Shown in pieces: positions 11,459 through 22,951 of a stretch of 64,000 bases of DNA. The translations under genes and the position numbers were made by a program. The number at the start of each line of letters is the position of its first letter. The stretch's first letter is position 1. The notes beneath the pieces were generated by a model. The model saw only the letters and a program-made list of their open reading frames with translations, made no database searches and was not told where the DNA came from. The DNA comes from Macrostomum lignano (lineage: Eukaryota): contig NIVC01004006.1 of NCBI GenBank assembly GCA_002269645.1, positions 1,096 through 65,095 of the forward strand, given 5' to 3'.

Positions 11459-11935
11459 CAATATCAGAAACATAAACTTGAAATCAACAAGCTAATACGA
11501 GCTATTTACCCATTTTTAATCCTTAGCGGAGTTTAATCTTTAATCCTAAGGACAGCTAACTTCATGTCGACTATAACCAGACGCAACGAATATTTTTGCA
11601 GCATTTACATGTAAGCCCAACGAGACTATTTCCACAGGTGAGCTTATATGAAGTTTACTCGTGGACAGCCTAAGGTGAAGCGTAAAGGTGCTCACAGTTT
11701 GATCAAGTTCTTACGGCAAATTTTGGGCATCAACTACAAATTAGGCATGTATATAAATAAGTAAATGAAACAAAACCGTAATTAGCGAAGTAAAATGTTT
11801 TATTTATTATATACTCTTTTCCTCTAGTATATATTAGCCGTGATTGGAATTAACGGCTGCATCAATTAGCTATACTTCAACCTGGTGGTTCACATTCTCT
11901 ATATCGATGGTCCATACACCGCTCTCCAAGCCAGC

Positions 11936-12751
11936 TTAGGTGTACCGGTTGATGAAGCTGGCGTAGCGCACAACATTGGCATACAGGGAGGTGGTGGAGC
12001 TGATGCCAGAGTTCACGCCCAGCTGGTAGTAGGTGCTGCCACTCCTGTACACCATCGGGCCGCCGCTGTCGCCAAAGTAGATGGAATTGGGCTGGCGGGA
12101 GCTGCAGAAGTAGGCGGATCCGCAGCCAGAACGGGTCAATGTGGTCTCGGCGTAGTTCAGAACGTTTGAAATGCCGTTGTGGTCGCCGCCGTAGCCCATG
12201 CTGATGATGGCGGAGCCGGCGCTGGGCTCGGAGCCGCTGAACAGCGCGATCGGCTGGACATTGCTGTTGAAGGCGATGTCGCTGCTGGTCTTCAGGACGG
12301 CCAGATCGTAGTCGCGAACGACGGCGCAGCCGCTGCCGGTGGGGTAGCCGGGGTAGATGTAGGTGTTGGAAACCCGGTAGCTGGTGCCACGGCCAGCGCG
12401 GACGGTGCCGACCTGTCAATAAAGAGTCACGCGAACAGCTGCTTGAAAGCTTCTAAATATATGCTGCCAGCTGGAACTCAAGCACTACAAATTCTTACTC
12501 AATACAGGTGGCTACTCCGCCGTATCAATTTTACTGTTGACTCACCTCAACGCTGCTCGGCGCCCGGTTGCAGACGCAGTGAGCGGCAGTCAGAATGGTT
12601 CTCTTGTTGAGAACAGAGGCGGAGCAGCCGGAGATCTTGGCCATCCAGGGAATTGGCCCAAGGCGGCATTCTGTCCGTTGAGGATGTAGCTGTCCAGAGG
12701 GTTGGCAGCAGCCACCGCCAGCAGGCAGGCGAGCGCAATCAGAAACTTCAT
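11936..12751 (-). CDS. Secreted S1A (chymotrypsin-fold) serine protease, 2 exons, with a 1-nt frameshift in exon 1
   Basis: Exons 12546-12751 and 11936-12412, intron GAG|gtgagt...ttattgacag|GTC. Signal peptide MKFLIALACLLAVAAA, mature N-terminus ILNG, and triad motifs TAAHC, DLAVL, GDSGGP. Exon 1 is 206 nt: one C is missing in the run at ~12648-12650 (TTC CC TGG). Confidence 0.9.
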
Positions 12752-13399
12752 TTCCGGTTTGATTGAACCAGTGTGCGACACCGAGATTGAAGAACGAACC
12801 GATTCACTGTTGCTGTTCGAATTGCTTCTCCCAGCGACACGCAGGCATATTTATTTAGAAGTTGCCGACGTGAGGAAAGCAGATTTTTGCTTGGGAACAA
12901 AGCACGCGTCAACGGCGACAACTTTGCAATTCAGATAAGCTGCTTGCAATAGCTCAATTGTGCTATTCGAATTTTCTATTGAAGCATTGTAACGGCCCAT
13001 TGGATAAATTTTTAACACTCTTATCGCTGGTTCGAGTAGCGCGTGCGCTTCTCGGTTCGTTTTTCGAAAAGTTTCCCAGCTTTTGATTGAATAAGCGAAT
13101 GCAGTTTGCGAGTGTTTTGAATTTTTGCTGAATAATGCTCGTAGCTTTGAAGTTGCTGGTTTCTGCAGAGTTTAAACATTCTGCTTTTCATAGAATTCTG
13201 CTATTAATGTTCAATTTTTAAGTTAGCTTTCGCGTGTCCATCTCATCTTATTCTAATTCGGTGCATGGAAAACAAAAGTACATGTATATTTCACATTATG
13301 GCATGCGTCCTATTTGTGATTTCTGTGTTTTATTTAACTTAGACTGATGCGGAGGAGCAACATCAGTCCCAGAATCGTGGAACATATGCTAGGCCCATG

Positions 13400-13560
13400 G
13401 GCTTGTGATCGAAGCAAATAGACAAAGGTGAACACCCAAAGGACATTGCGATGTTGCTGAATATAAAAGAAAAGACGGTTTACAGCATCCGTCAGCGCGT
13501 TGAAACCACTGCAGCAGAGATCCTCTGCGAAGGGGCGGCAATCGCCAAAGCAAGTTGCCT
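13400..13560 (+). pseudogene. Possible decayed Tc1/IS630-like transposase N-terminal HTH remnant
   Basis: One frame reads IDKGEHPKDIAMLLNIKEKTVYSIRQRVETT, then shifts to RRGGNRQSK. This resembles the IA..L.I...TV..I HTH plus GRP-like linker. Short and motif-level only. Confidence 0.35.
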
Positions 13561-13799
13561 AATGAATATCTAATGGTCTATTTTCGATTCGCTGATGGAT
13601 GGAGAGCTGAGCCATAAACTAAATTTCATGAGAAGAAGGCGAGAAAGAAATTGTTCACTTTAATATGGGGCGAGGGTCTCGAGGCGAGCGAAGCCATTAC
13701 ATGCAACCTCTGACTTTCTGACCACAGAATGCGCATTATAAAGCCATTATCTTATACTCGTAATTGTAATTCAACCCTTTGTTGTGAAGGCCGACCGTA

Positions 13800-14215
13800 C
13801 AACTGAAAGCTACAGCTTCCAAGTTCATCCAGGAAGGTGGCTCGGTGAAGCAGCGTTGTGCAAATGCGAAAGCAGACCTAGAGAAATTGCGCGTCTACTT
13901 TGACAGGAGTACACCGGTAAAGTTGCAGCAGGAAATGTACTTTGTGTTGGAATTTCACCTTTGGACTGCGAAGACGCGAATGGCTCCGTAAGCTGACGGT
14001 AAATTAAATTCCATTTAGAGATGTACAACCAATGGACGACGAACATTTAGACTGGCACCTATGGAGACCAAACATGCCCGTGGAAGTTTAGAGACGCGGA
14101 CTTCAGAAGATCGGAAGCAGAGCGTGCTTGTTGTAAAGTTTGAAAGCAGGTGTCCGAATGAGTGCGTGAATCTCTACCTGAAGAAGATCGAAGAGGCAAA
14201 GAGCAATTGGCTTGA
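13800..14215 (+). pseudogene. Decayed Crypton-type tyrosine recombinase (DUF3504-like) fragment
   Basis: LKATASKFIQEGGSVKQRCANAKADLEKLRVYFDRSTPVKLQQEMYFVLEFH, then a frameshift to FGLRRREWLRKLT*, then ETKHARGSL...RCPNECVNLYLKKI. Matches the D.L..L..YF...TP..LQ / FG.R.RE / CP...LYL pattern of DUF3504 and Crypton proteins. Confidence 0.65.
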
Positions 14216-14584
14216 TCCGCATACCTCTAATAACCCCTCCAAAATGATACAATCAACAACACGCGTCGAGCCTCTCTCTGCTCTCTGGATTAACCATGGC
14301 CACATTTTATTCCACACAAAACACATATGGACAAAATACAGCATTCATGAACACATTGGTATATTTATTAAATCAATAGAACAAACTTACTATTTACTAC
14401 GAGTATTAGAGCTGATAAGTAAGCCAACTACTTCTATTCAAGAAGTTAGCTTAAGAATTCTAGAAAAGCAATACATATTTGGGAAGTCAGCAGAAAGTGT
14501 TCCATACATATGCACATACAGTACACTGATAAGCAAATGCTCTGACGATCTGGCAAATCGATTAGAGTTCTACCCATACGAGTA

Positions 14585-17500
14585 TCAGGTGCAGAACGCC
14601 TTGGACACGGTGCAGGCGTCGCAGACAACTCGAAACGGTTGCCGCAGCAGCCGGCAAGTCTTCCTCTTGCACTCCGGATGCGTGCCCGGGTAAGTGACCG
14701 AGCGAACGCTGTACGGCCTGCCGCAGCACATCACGCTGCAGAGAACCTCCCTGCGGTACTGGCTGCTGTCTTCACTTGGCAGGCCCTTCAGCAGGCTCTG
14801 ACCGACAGGCGTGTTATCTGGGAGGCACTCTCTGTGACGGGTTAGGCATGCAGTGTGACAATGTTAGATTGTTGAACAAGTTCAGCTCAGCCACATTCTA
14901 AACAAATGAGCGCGCGGATACGTACGCAGGCACACACTCACACAGGAGTGTACAGCGGCCCTAACTTTATTTTTATCGTTAAGCATGTACACTTCACTGC
15001 GCCTTGCGGGGTTGGCTCTCAAGGCCGTTAATTGCACGAGCAGAGCCAAGCCGAGATTCCAATTCAGCCTCAAATTAATGTGACTGCACTTGGAATCGAG
15101 CCTGGGTCGCTGGCACACCAGAGCAGCTGCGCTACCGCTGGGCTACGGCCCCCTATGTATCAAGGACTACTCAAGTAGAAAGTTTTCAAGCCTGGCGCAC
15201 CTTCCATGCGTGACGGAGCAGTAATCCAGCGAGTGTTCATGAAATAGTAAAAGCGTCTTCTTTGGCAGCCCTTTGACAATCCGGTGACCAATGCATCGGG
15301 GACCAAGCGACAGAGGGTTCGTTGGCTGATGGTTACCGAAAGCGGCGTCCGGACAGAGCTCCTCGTATCCTGCGTAGCCTGAGCGATCGAATATGGCCCT
15401 GCGCATCTGGTGCTAGAAGTGAGGGACGAATTTTCGGAGGTGATTATAGCTGCGATTTCTAATGCAGAGTGACAAGAGCCGCGGATCTCTGCATACGGAT
15501 CAGTAAAGATGCAGAGTGACAAGATCATAAAGCCTCGGATCTCTGCATACGGATCAGTACAGATAGATGTAGAGTGACAAGATCATAGAGCAGGATCTCT
15601 GCATGCGGATCAGTACAGATAGATGTAGAGTGATAAGATCATAGAGCAGGATCTCTGCATGCGGATCAGTACAGATGCAGAGTGACAAGATCATAGAGCC
15701 CCGGATCTCTGCATACGGATCAGTACAGATGCAGAGTGACAAGATCATAGAGCCCCGGATCTCTGCATACGGATCAGTACAGATGCAGAGTGACAAGATC
15801 ATAGAGCCCCGGATCTCTGCATACGGATCAGTACAGATGCAGAGTGACAAGATCATAGAGCCCCGGATCTCTGCATACGGATCAATACAGATGCATAGTG
15901 ACAAGATCATAGAGCAGGATCTCTGCATACGGGTCAGTACAGATGCAGAGTGACAAGATCATAGAGCCCCGGATCTCTGCATACGGATCAATACAGATGC
16001 AGAGTGACAAGATCATAGAGCAGGATCTCTGCATACGGGTCAGTACAGATGCAGAGTGACAAGATCATAGAGCGGGATCTCTGCATGCGGATCAGTACAG
16101 ATGCAGAGTGACAAGATCATAGAGCCCCACGGATCTCTGCATGCGGATCAGTACAGATGCAGAGTGACAAGATCATAGAGCGGGATCTCTGCATGCGGAT
16201 CAATACAGATGCAGAGTGACAAGATCATAGAGCGGGATCTCTGCATGCGGATCAATACAGATGCAGAGTGACAAGATCATAGAGCGGGATCTCTGCATGC
16301 GGATCAATACAGATGCAGAGTGACAAGATCATAGAGCGGGATCTCTGCATGCGGATCAATACAGATGCAGAGTGACAAGATCATAGAGCGGGATCTCTGC
16401 ATGCGGATCAATACAGATGCAGAGTGACAAGATCATAGAGCGGGATCTCTGCATGCGGATCAATACAGATGCAGAGTGACAAGATCATAGAGCGGGATCT
16501 CTGCATGCGGATCAATACAGATGCAGACTGACAAGATCATAGAGCGGGATCTCTGCATACGGGTCAAGTCACAACTCCAAAACCGAAAAAACTATCACTG
16601 TCACTCACCGTGTCATAAATTCGCATCAAAACGTCCAAAGGATTTTTCCCAGTCCTATGAAACAGACTACCAGCCAGGAGCAGGGGCTTCTCCTGCTGCT
16701 GCTGATTCTCCAGCTGCTGCCACCAGGAGCCTCCGACAGCTCCGTAGTGCAGCACTCGATGACAGGTGCGCACAGAACAGGCTGCACTAGTGCCGTGGCA
16801 TTTGCACCTCACTGCCTCGGCGTGTCGAGTCGCCCTTATCCCGACCTGATAGTTGTGACCGTTCACCAGTTCAGTGAACTGCTCGAAGGCTTCCTCTACT
16901 GGCACGTCTGTCGATGTTGACGACCAAGAAGGCGTCTTTAAGCTTCGTTTAAGTCGACCAAGCGACAGGAATTTTCTGGTCAGACGGGTTCCAGCTCGAA
17001 GGCTCCTGTCGCAACCGTTGGACTTGAAACTGTCAAGCCGGAAGCCGGCGGGAAGTTTGGCAGCAAGCCAGCCAGGCGGCGCAACTGCAGCGGCCGCTGA
17101 ACTCTGCTGACGGCCCCGGCATGAGCACCGGCTGATGCGTCCTTTGGCGCACTCCCCCGCCATGGTGAGGGTCAGGACGAAGCCGGACAGAGCTCGGACC
17201 ATGGCGTGCTCCGCTGTCACTGGAAATGCATGAGGCTACATATGCATACAACTATGCTTTTGACTCAGAAGCTCAGCGGTAAACTAATCTGGCTCTCTGG
17301 CTGCGACCCCTGGTTCGATTCAACACGAAAATTGACCGATATAGGTTGTCGTTAGATTCACAACCCATTAGGGCCGACCCCCAGGACACAGAGACTGTAC
17401 ATGCCTGACGATTAGAAAGTCAGGGTCGCTGTACACCCTGAGTGAGCGTGTGCATGAGTGCGTGCATCGGTAGGAGTCACCGAAGGCGTTACGTCAGGAT

Positions 17501-17937
17501 GCGCAAATTAATGCGAGCGTATTATTATTAGGTACCTAATTAATGCTTCTGTAGTTGAACCGAACTACGAGTAATCTAATATTGCAGGTTGTTCCTCAGC
17601 AATGTCTCCAGAAATATTCACGACAAACTATAAAATTACCGTTGAAATATTGAACTGTATTTGACAGTTTCAGCAGAACTTACGCGCTTGCAGCTCCGGC
17701 GACAGTCGCGGCAGCTGGTGCAGCGAGCTGCAGTTCCAGCGGCAGTGCCGAAACTGCAGGCCGCACAGAGACACGGTGGCTTTGGCAGCTTCGGTCAGCG
17801 CCGCCAGTGCAGCCGGGCTCTGAGCCGATCGCTGGCAGAACCGCGCCTGAGCCCGGCTGAAGATCCGGTGCCGCCGCATAGCCGAGCAGGTGGAGGCGCC
17901 GCTGCTTGATGACGGCCTGTCCAGCTTGTGCAGGGCT
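14585..17937 (-). CDS. wnt: Divergent Wnt-family ligand (exons 2-5; first exon uncertain)
   Basis: Exons 17684-17937, 16609-17219, 15201-15406 and 14585-14831 join in frame through canonical GT-AG sites (phases 2/1/0/2). Motifs QARFC, QFRHCRWNCS, ECAKGRISRCSC, NGHNYQVG, CKCHGTSAACSVRTC, HSLDYC, GR|EC, MCCGR, VVCDAC...FCT*. Confidence 0.9.
14922..15152 (-). mobile_element. tRNA-derived SINE (copy 2) in a Wnt intron
   Basis: Minus 5' end ggggccgtagcccagcggtagcgc (A box)...ccaggctcgattcc (B box). Body is homologous to 10405-10608. Confidence 0.85.
15462..16565. repeat. 52-54-bp minisatellite filling a Wnt intron
   Basis: Unit atgcagagtgacaagatcatagagcgggatctctgcatgcggatcaatacag, about 21 copies. 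Confidence 0.97.
17262..17470 (+). mobile_element. tRNA-derived SINE, related subfamily (copy 3) in a Wnt intron
   Basis: agctcagcggta...cctggttcgattc, followed by the core tgtacatgcctgacgattagaaagtcagggtcgctgtacac. Confidence 0.7.
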
Positions 17938-18096
17938 CTGAGCGCGCGATAGTGTGTCGAAAAATTGAAAGATTACCAGTAAAAAATAGATTTTACCGAA
18001 TTTCAGACAGATATCAGCAATTGATATATTTGTATTTGTATCTGGGGACAGGGGTGTCAAGGGAATTTCGGCATGCGGTGAGACTTCTTCCAGTCG

Positions 18097-18172
18097 TATA
18101 ACCCCTTGGTGCTGGCGGCCCTTGGTGCTGGCGGCCCTTGGTGCTGGCGCCCCTTGGTGCTGGCGCCCCCCC
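18097..18172. repeat. Short array of the 16-bp unit ccccttggtgctggcg
   Basis: About four copies of the same unit as the large array at 19125-20340. Confidence 0.9.
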
Positions 18173-18498
18173 CATCAGAAAATTCTTGCTTCAAGCTATG
18201 AAGTCCCAAAATAAAAATCCGAAACTTGTCAGTGAATTGTTTTCAATATTTTAAGCAATAAAATGCTTGAATAATCAAGCTTACAGTTATAACTTACAGC
18301 CATTTGATCCCAAGGCAGTAATGTTGCTGAATTCCAATTGTTAAAAATATTATCAATAATTTTTGAGCAACAGTCATATTGTTAGGCTTTGTTATCTGTG
18401 TTATTTAGCTAGAAACACAAAGGAAAAGATAAACACAAAGTTCTGAAACCTGATTCTCTTTCAGTTGCTTTGCGCTGTCTCTGCAATGGTCTGCTTAC

Positions 18499-18760
18499 GT
18501 GTATATATATTCTTGAAAAATTATACGACCAATGGTGTCGGCGGCGCTGCCTTTTGATCTCGCCGACTTGCTAGGATAGCACCTGAACAGTACGCCAAAC
18601 TGTATAATTGCGCCCCCTCTCTTCTTCTTTGTGACGCTGCTTCTAAAAGAAGAAAACCTCGGACAAAGAGACAACCGTGTGCGTGCGGTCAAAAGTTCTA
18701 ATTTCGGAATGGACACACGATCGCCAGCGCCAGGTTCCAACCGGGAATGCTTCATCCAGC
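18499..18760 (-). CDS. Tentative upstream Wnt exon
   Basis: An open frame ends TAC AC|gtaagc, a phase-2 donor compatible with the phase-2 acceptor at 17937. It lacks a convincing signal peptide and the start is uncertain. Confidence 0.3.
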
Positions 18761-19124
18761 ACAAGTGGTGTTCAGCCTGCGCCCTATTGGTTTTTGGTTT
18801 ACGAACGCAATAAATCATTCACTCGGTAAGGACGCGGGCCTCCGGGTTTAACGACTGAAGTCGCTGGCCGCGAGAGATGAAAGCTGCAGGGGGGAGGGGG
18901 TTTAGATTTGCCGACTTTGAAAAGTAAAGCTTAAGTGGAGCGAAGGTCTGATTGCCCGCCTACGCAAAGTCACCTGACGGGAATCCGTGATTTTTCTTTC
19001 TAATAAAGAGGCTGAGACAGGTGTTGACTATATCTAAACTCCATTTTTGATTGTCTATACAAGAAATGGATCATACTTACATGTATAACGTCTTATTGAG
19101 AACTGAATGCTCAAGGTGCTGGCG

Positions 19125-20340
19125 CTGGCGCTCGGTGCTGGCGCCCCTTGGTGCTGGCGCCCCTTGGTGCTGGCGCCCCTTGGTGCTGGCGCCCCTTGGT
19201 GCTGGCGCCCCTTGGTGCTGGCGCCCCTTGGTGCTGGCGCCCCTTGGTGCTGGCGCCCCTTGGTGCTGGCGCCCCTTGGTGCTGGCGCCCCTTGGTGCTG
19301 GCGCCCCTTGGTGCTGGCGCCCCTTGGTGCTGGCGCCCCTTGGTGCTGGCGCCCCTTAATTGGTGCTGGCGCCCCTTGGTGCTGGCACTCCTTGGTGCTG
19401 GCGCCCCTTGGTGCTGGCACTCCTTGGTGCTGGCGCCCCTTGGTGCTGGCACTCCTTGGTGCTGGCGCCCCTTGGTGCTGGCGCCCCTTGGTGCTGGCGC
19501 CCCTTGGTGCTGGCGCCCCTTGGTGCTGGCGCCCTTGGTGCTGGCGCCCCTTGGTGCTGGCGCCCCTTGGTGCTGGCGCCCCTTGGTGCTGGCGCCCCTT
19601 GGTGCTGGCGCCCCTTGGTGCTGGCGCCCCTTGGTGCTGGCGCCCCTTGGTGCTGGCGCCCCTTGGTGCTGGCGCCCCTTGGTGCTGGCGCCCCTTGGTG
19701 CTGGCGCCCCTTGGTGCTGGCGCCCCTTGGTGCTGGCGCCCCTTGGTGCTGGCGCCCCTTGGTGCTGGCGCCCCTTGGTGCTGGCGCCCCTTGGTGCTGG
19801 CGCCCCTTGGTGCTGGCGCCCCTTAATTGGTGCTGGCGCCCATTAATTGGTGCTGGCGCCCCTTAATTGGTGCTGGCGCCCCTTAATTGGTGCTGGCGCC
19901 CCTTAATTGGTGCTGGCGCCCCTTAGTGCTGGCGGCCCTTGGTGCTGGCGCCCCTTGGTGCTGGCGGCCCTTGGTGCTGGCGGCCCTTGGTGCTGGCGCC
20001 CCTTGGTGCTGGTGGCCCTTGGTGCTGGCGGCCCTTGGTGCTGGCGGCCCTTGGTGCTAAAGCCCCTTGGTACTAAAGCCCCTTGGTACTAAAGCCCCTT
20101 GGTACTAAAGCCCCTTGGTACTAAAGCCCCTTGGTACTAAAGCCCCGTAATTGGTGCTGGCGCCCCTTGGTGCTGGCGCCCCTTGGTGCTAAAGCCCCTT
20201 GGTACTAAAGCCCCTTGGTACTAAAGCCCCGTAATTGGTGCTAAAGCCCCTTGGTACTAAAGCCCCGTAATTGGTGCTAAAGCCCCTTGGTGCTGGCGTC
20301 CCCAGCTGGTGCGTGGCGCCCCCTGGATCGTGCGGCGCCC
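19125..20340. repeat. 16-bp minisatellite (ccccttggtgctggcg)n with variant blocks
   Basis: About 70 copies. Variant units (ttaattgg.., ggcggccc, tactaaagcccc) cluster at the right end. Confidence 0.98.
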
Positions 20341-21070
20341 GCTGGTGTATTTACATGAAATATGGCACCACTCCAATTACGCATCACTTCATTACCCCAA
20401 TATTGGGGATATTATTACCCCAAAATCGACTAAAAAGTGCGGTACACATTCATTGAGCAAAATCCATACAGACTCGGCCATGCACATTTTCGATACTCAA
20501 AAGTAGGCTTCAGCCCGCCCTGATCCCAACCCCTTCTCCACTCACGTTCAGCTCTTTGATCCCCGCGTTGATCACGACTCTGTCACCACCCCATACAGCA
20601 ATCCGATGTTGAGGTTCGACGTACGTCAGCAACATGCGTGTTATACATCCGAATATACATCCGTTTAATTTCGACGTCTTACATGTGTATTGACGCCGCG
20701 CTGGCAAATGGGTACTTTTGATCAGTTCAGTGCTACAGTTTCAGTAGTTTTATTTGTTTAACCAGTCTTAATTACTGCCAACAATGCAATGTACATTACA
20801 TAAAGTTAAAATTCGTACAGTTTTAATTACATTTGCATAAAATTATAGTGCTGATCATATATGGGAAGGATTTTATTGCCTAGTTTATAGGGAAAACGTA
20901 CGCTACACCGTGTTAATCTCACCATGCAAAAACTGCTTTTGGCCTGAAGTAGCTACTGTATGCATGGTGTTGGGTCTAACTACGACTTTACATGTATCTT
21001 GTATCCGGGTCTACATGTATATATTGCGGGTCTATGAAAATTGACTGGCACAATTTTCCCCATTTTCCTA

Positions 21071-21150
21071 CGACAATTGACTGGCACAATTCACTCAAGA
21101 AATTGTCCCCAGTCAAATTAAAAAAGTCTAATTGTGCCAGTCAATTGTCG
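21071..21150. repeat. Perfect 21-bp inverted repeat (small MITE-like hairpin)
   Basis: cgacaattgactggcacaatt (21071-21091) and aattgtgccagtcaattgtcg (21130-21150), with a partial third copy at ~21040. Confidence 0.8.
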
Positions 21151-22951
21151 TGCACCCACATCTATTTTAATTATCAAATTATAGGGTTTTTTGCTAAACA
21201 GCGGTTGGTGGCAGAATGCTACTCATAGTACCAAGTCCGGGACGTACATCCAGAAGGACCAGAATATAGGATCAGAATGATTTGATCAAAACGCAGAGTA
21301 AAACCGTCTTCATGAAAACAGCCCCTCTGCTCAGATCTTTACGAACTTCTAGTTTTACTCACATATTTAAATGCTCTATTTACTTTATTTAGCGTTACTT
21401 CAAAATGTAACAGGCCTAAATTAAACAAGTACATGCTTAAATAAATCCGTTTGAAACAGATTTAGGTTTTAAACCATAGGGTTCAAAATTTATTTTCATC
21501 GATAAAGAGAATTAGTTTAAATATTTGAACTGCTTGCTTGCAGCAGCAGCGGGACGACAGATTCAATTTTTCAGTTATTGTGAATTGTATGTGTGGTAGG
21601 CCGGTCTACCACTGGGGCTTCGGCAACAGTTGGCGACGCGCGGAACGCCTCCACCCGGCGGACGATTCTTTGACGTCATTTCGGCTCCCCGGTTGAACTG
21701 TCTTCTCCCCCCCGTTGTTCCCACCCCCGCGGTCCATCAGTTGCCCCTTCCCTTGGTCCCGCTTTGTTTTGCCGTTTTCCACCCGGGTTTGTCCACTTTT
21801 TCCCACCGGTGTTCCCCCCTGTGTTCCCCCTGGTGTCCCCCTGATTGTTTTTTGCGTTCTTTTGGTATTTAATCCTTGGCGTTGCTTTAGTTTGTCAACC
21901 CCCCTTTTCCATCTTTTCCTTCTTTCTTCTTGGTTGTTTTAGTTTGATCTTATAGGCCGAGACTTAACTTAGCCTTATTATAGTTTTCTGATAGTTGCAC
22001 GGCACTGTCTCGTAATCATCCGTCTAATTGTAGTGTGTAACAATTACTCTATCGCCTAACTTCATTTAAGTCAATTAGCTTGTCTTTTATTCAATTAACT
22101 TCGTGAGTAATAACAATTTTCTTAATCACTGACTACCGCAAAATAAATCGATATAATAAATAACGAGCAATAATAATAAGTTTTATATTAAATTTATCCA
22201 GTTAAACTTCATCGAAGCCGTTAGTTTATATTGAGTTCTTTGCCCGCGGGGCGTAAAATAACCAATCAGTCTCAACTCAAAGAAAGCTCTGAGACCCTCA
22301 ACGTTCCGTAAAACGACATTTACGGTGGTGGCAGCGCTACTTTACTACCGAGAGTAACACAACTAGCAATCTCGACGAATTACGAGTTTACGGTGTCTGA
22401 GGACCCATTCTGAACGACTCGGGCCGCTACTAGACCGCTCGACTGCGATTACGACTACCCTCCCCCCGGAATTGAGGACCCGGCAGACGGAGTAACCAAG
22501 GAGAAGAATCAGCGCATCAATTCGTGCATTTTCCGGCTTTATTCGTGCTTCTACAACGCCGGCGGCAATTCAAACGAGGAATCCGCCCCACCTCACTGGT
22601 GTCAGCAAATTTTCGAAACCGAGAGTTTCCAAGAAAAATTCTTCTCCACCCCAGCTCATATGACCGCGCACACGCGCACGCACGCACGTTAACTGTAGTG
22701 GTAAGCTTGTTGACCTTAGCCCTCCGTCTCCGGTAACCAGTCACAACCACGACAAATCCCAGATCTCTCTGTCCTCGTCTTGGCTTTGGATTACTTCTAA
22801 CCAGCCCTCCAGAATCAGCATTGAGTTAGACTGAGAGCTTGACGAGTTTTAAACTTGAATTAAGGTTAAGCAGCATAGATTGCTATAGAAAAGTTTTATT
22901 AATATAGGATAGGATTTTAAGCCTACTAAAGTATCCTGAGAAATTCAGACA

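Noticed and set aside
14061-14693. 210-aa plus-strand ORF
   Set aside because: Chimeric: the first ~50 aa belong to the Crypton relic, the middle is AT-rich Wnt 3' region with minus-strand AATAAA signals, and the end is antisense to the last Wnt exon.
15462-16565. CRISPR-like arrays (here and at other regular repeats)
   Set aside because: Units are contiguous with no unique spacers, there are no cas genes, and the context is eukaryotic.
17395-17445. SECIS element reading of the SINE core stem-loop (A-rich apical loop)
   Set aside because: It lacks the AUGA/GA quartet, and the copies are intronic or intergenic rather than in selenoprotein 3'UTRs.
19051-19866. Long ORFs in minisatellites (also 10487-10883, 30057-30788, 32760-33669, 42069-42778, 43235-44683, 47388-49042, 53807-54293, 57571-57795, 60419-61229)
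   Set aside because: Stop-free translations of short tandem units in several frames at once, mostly intronic or inside transposons.
21600-21950. Possible LTR end plus PBS (caaca-gt-tggcgac)
   Set aside because: No second LTR, no gag or pol similarity and no TSD visible, so the support is too weak.
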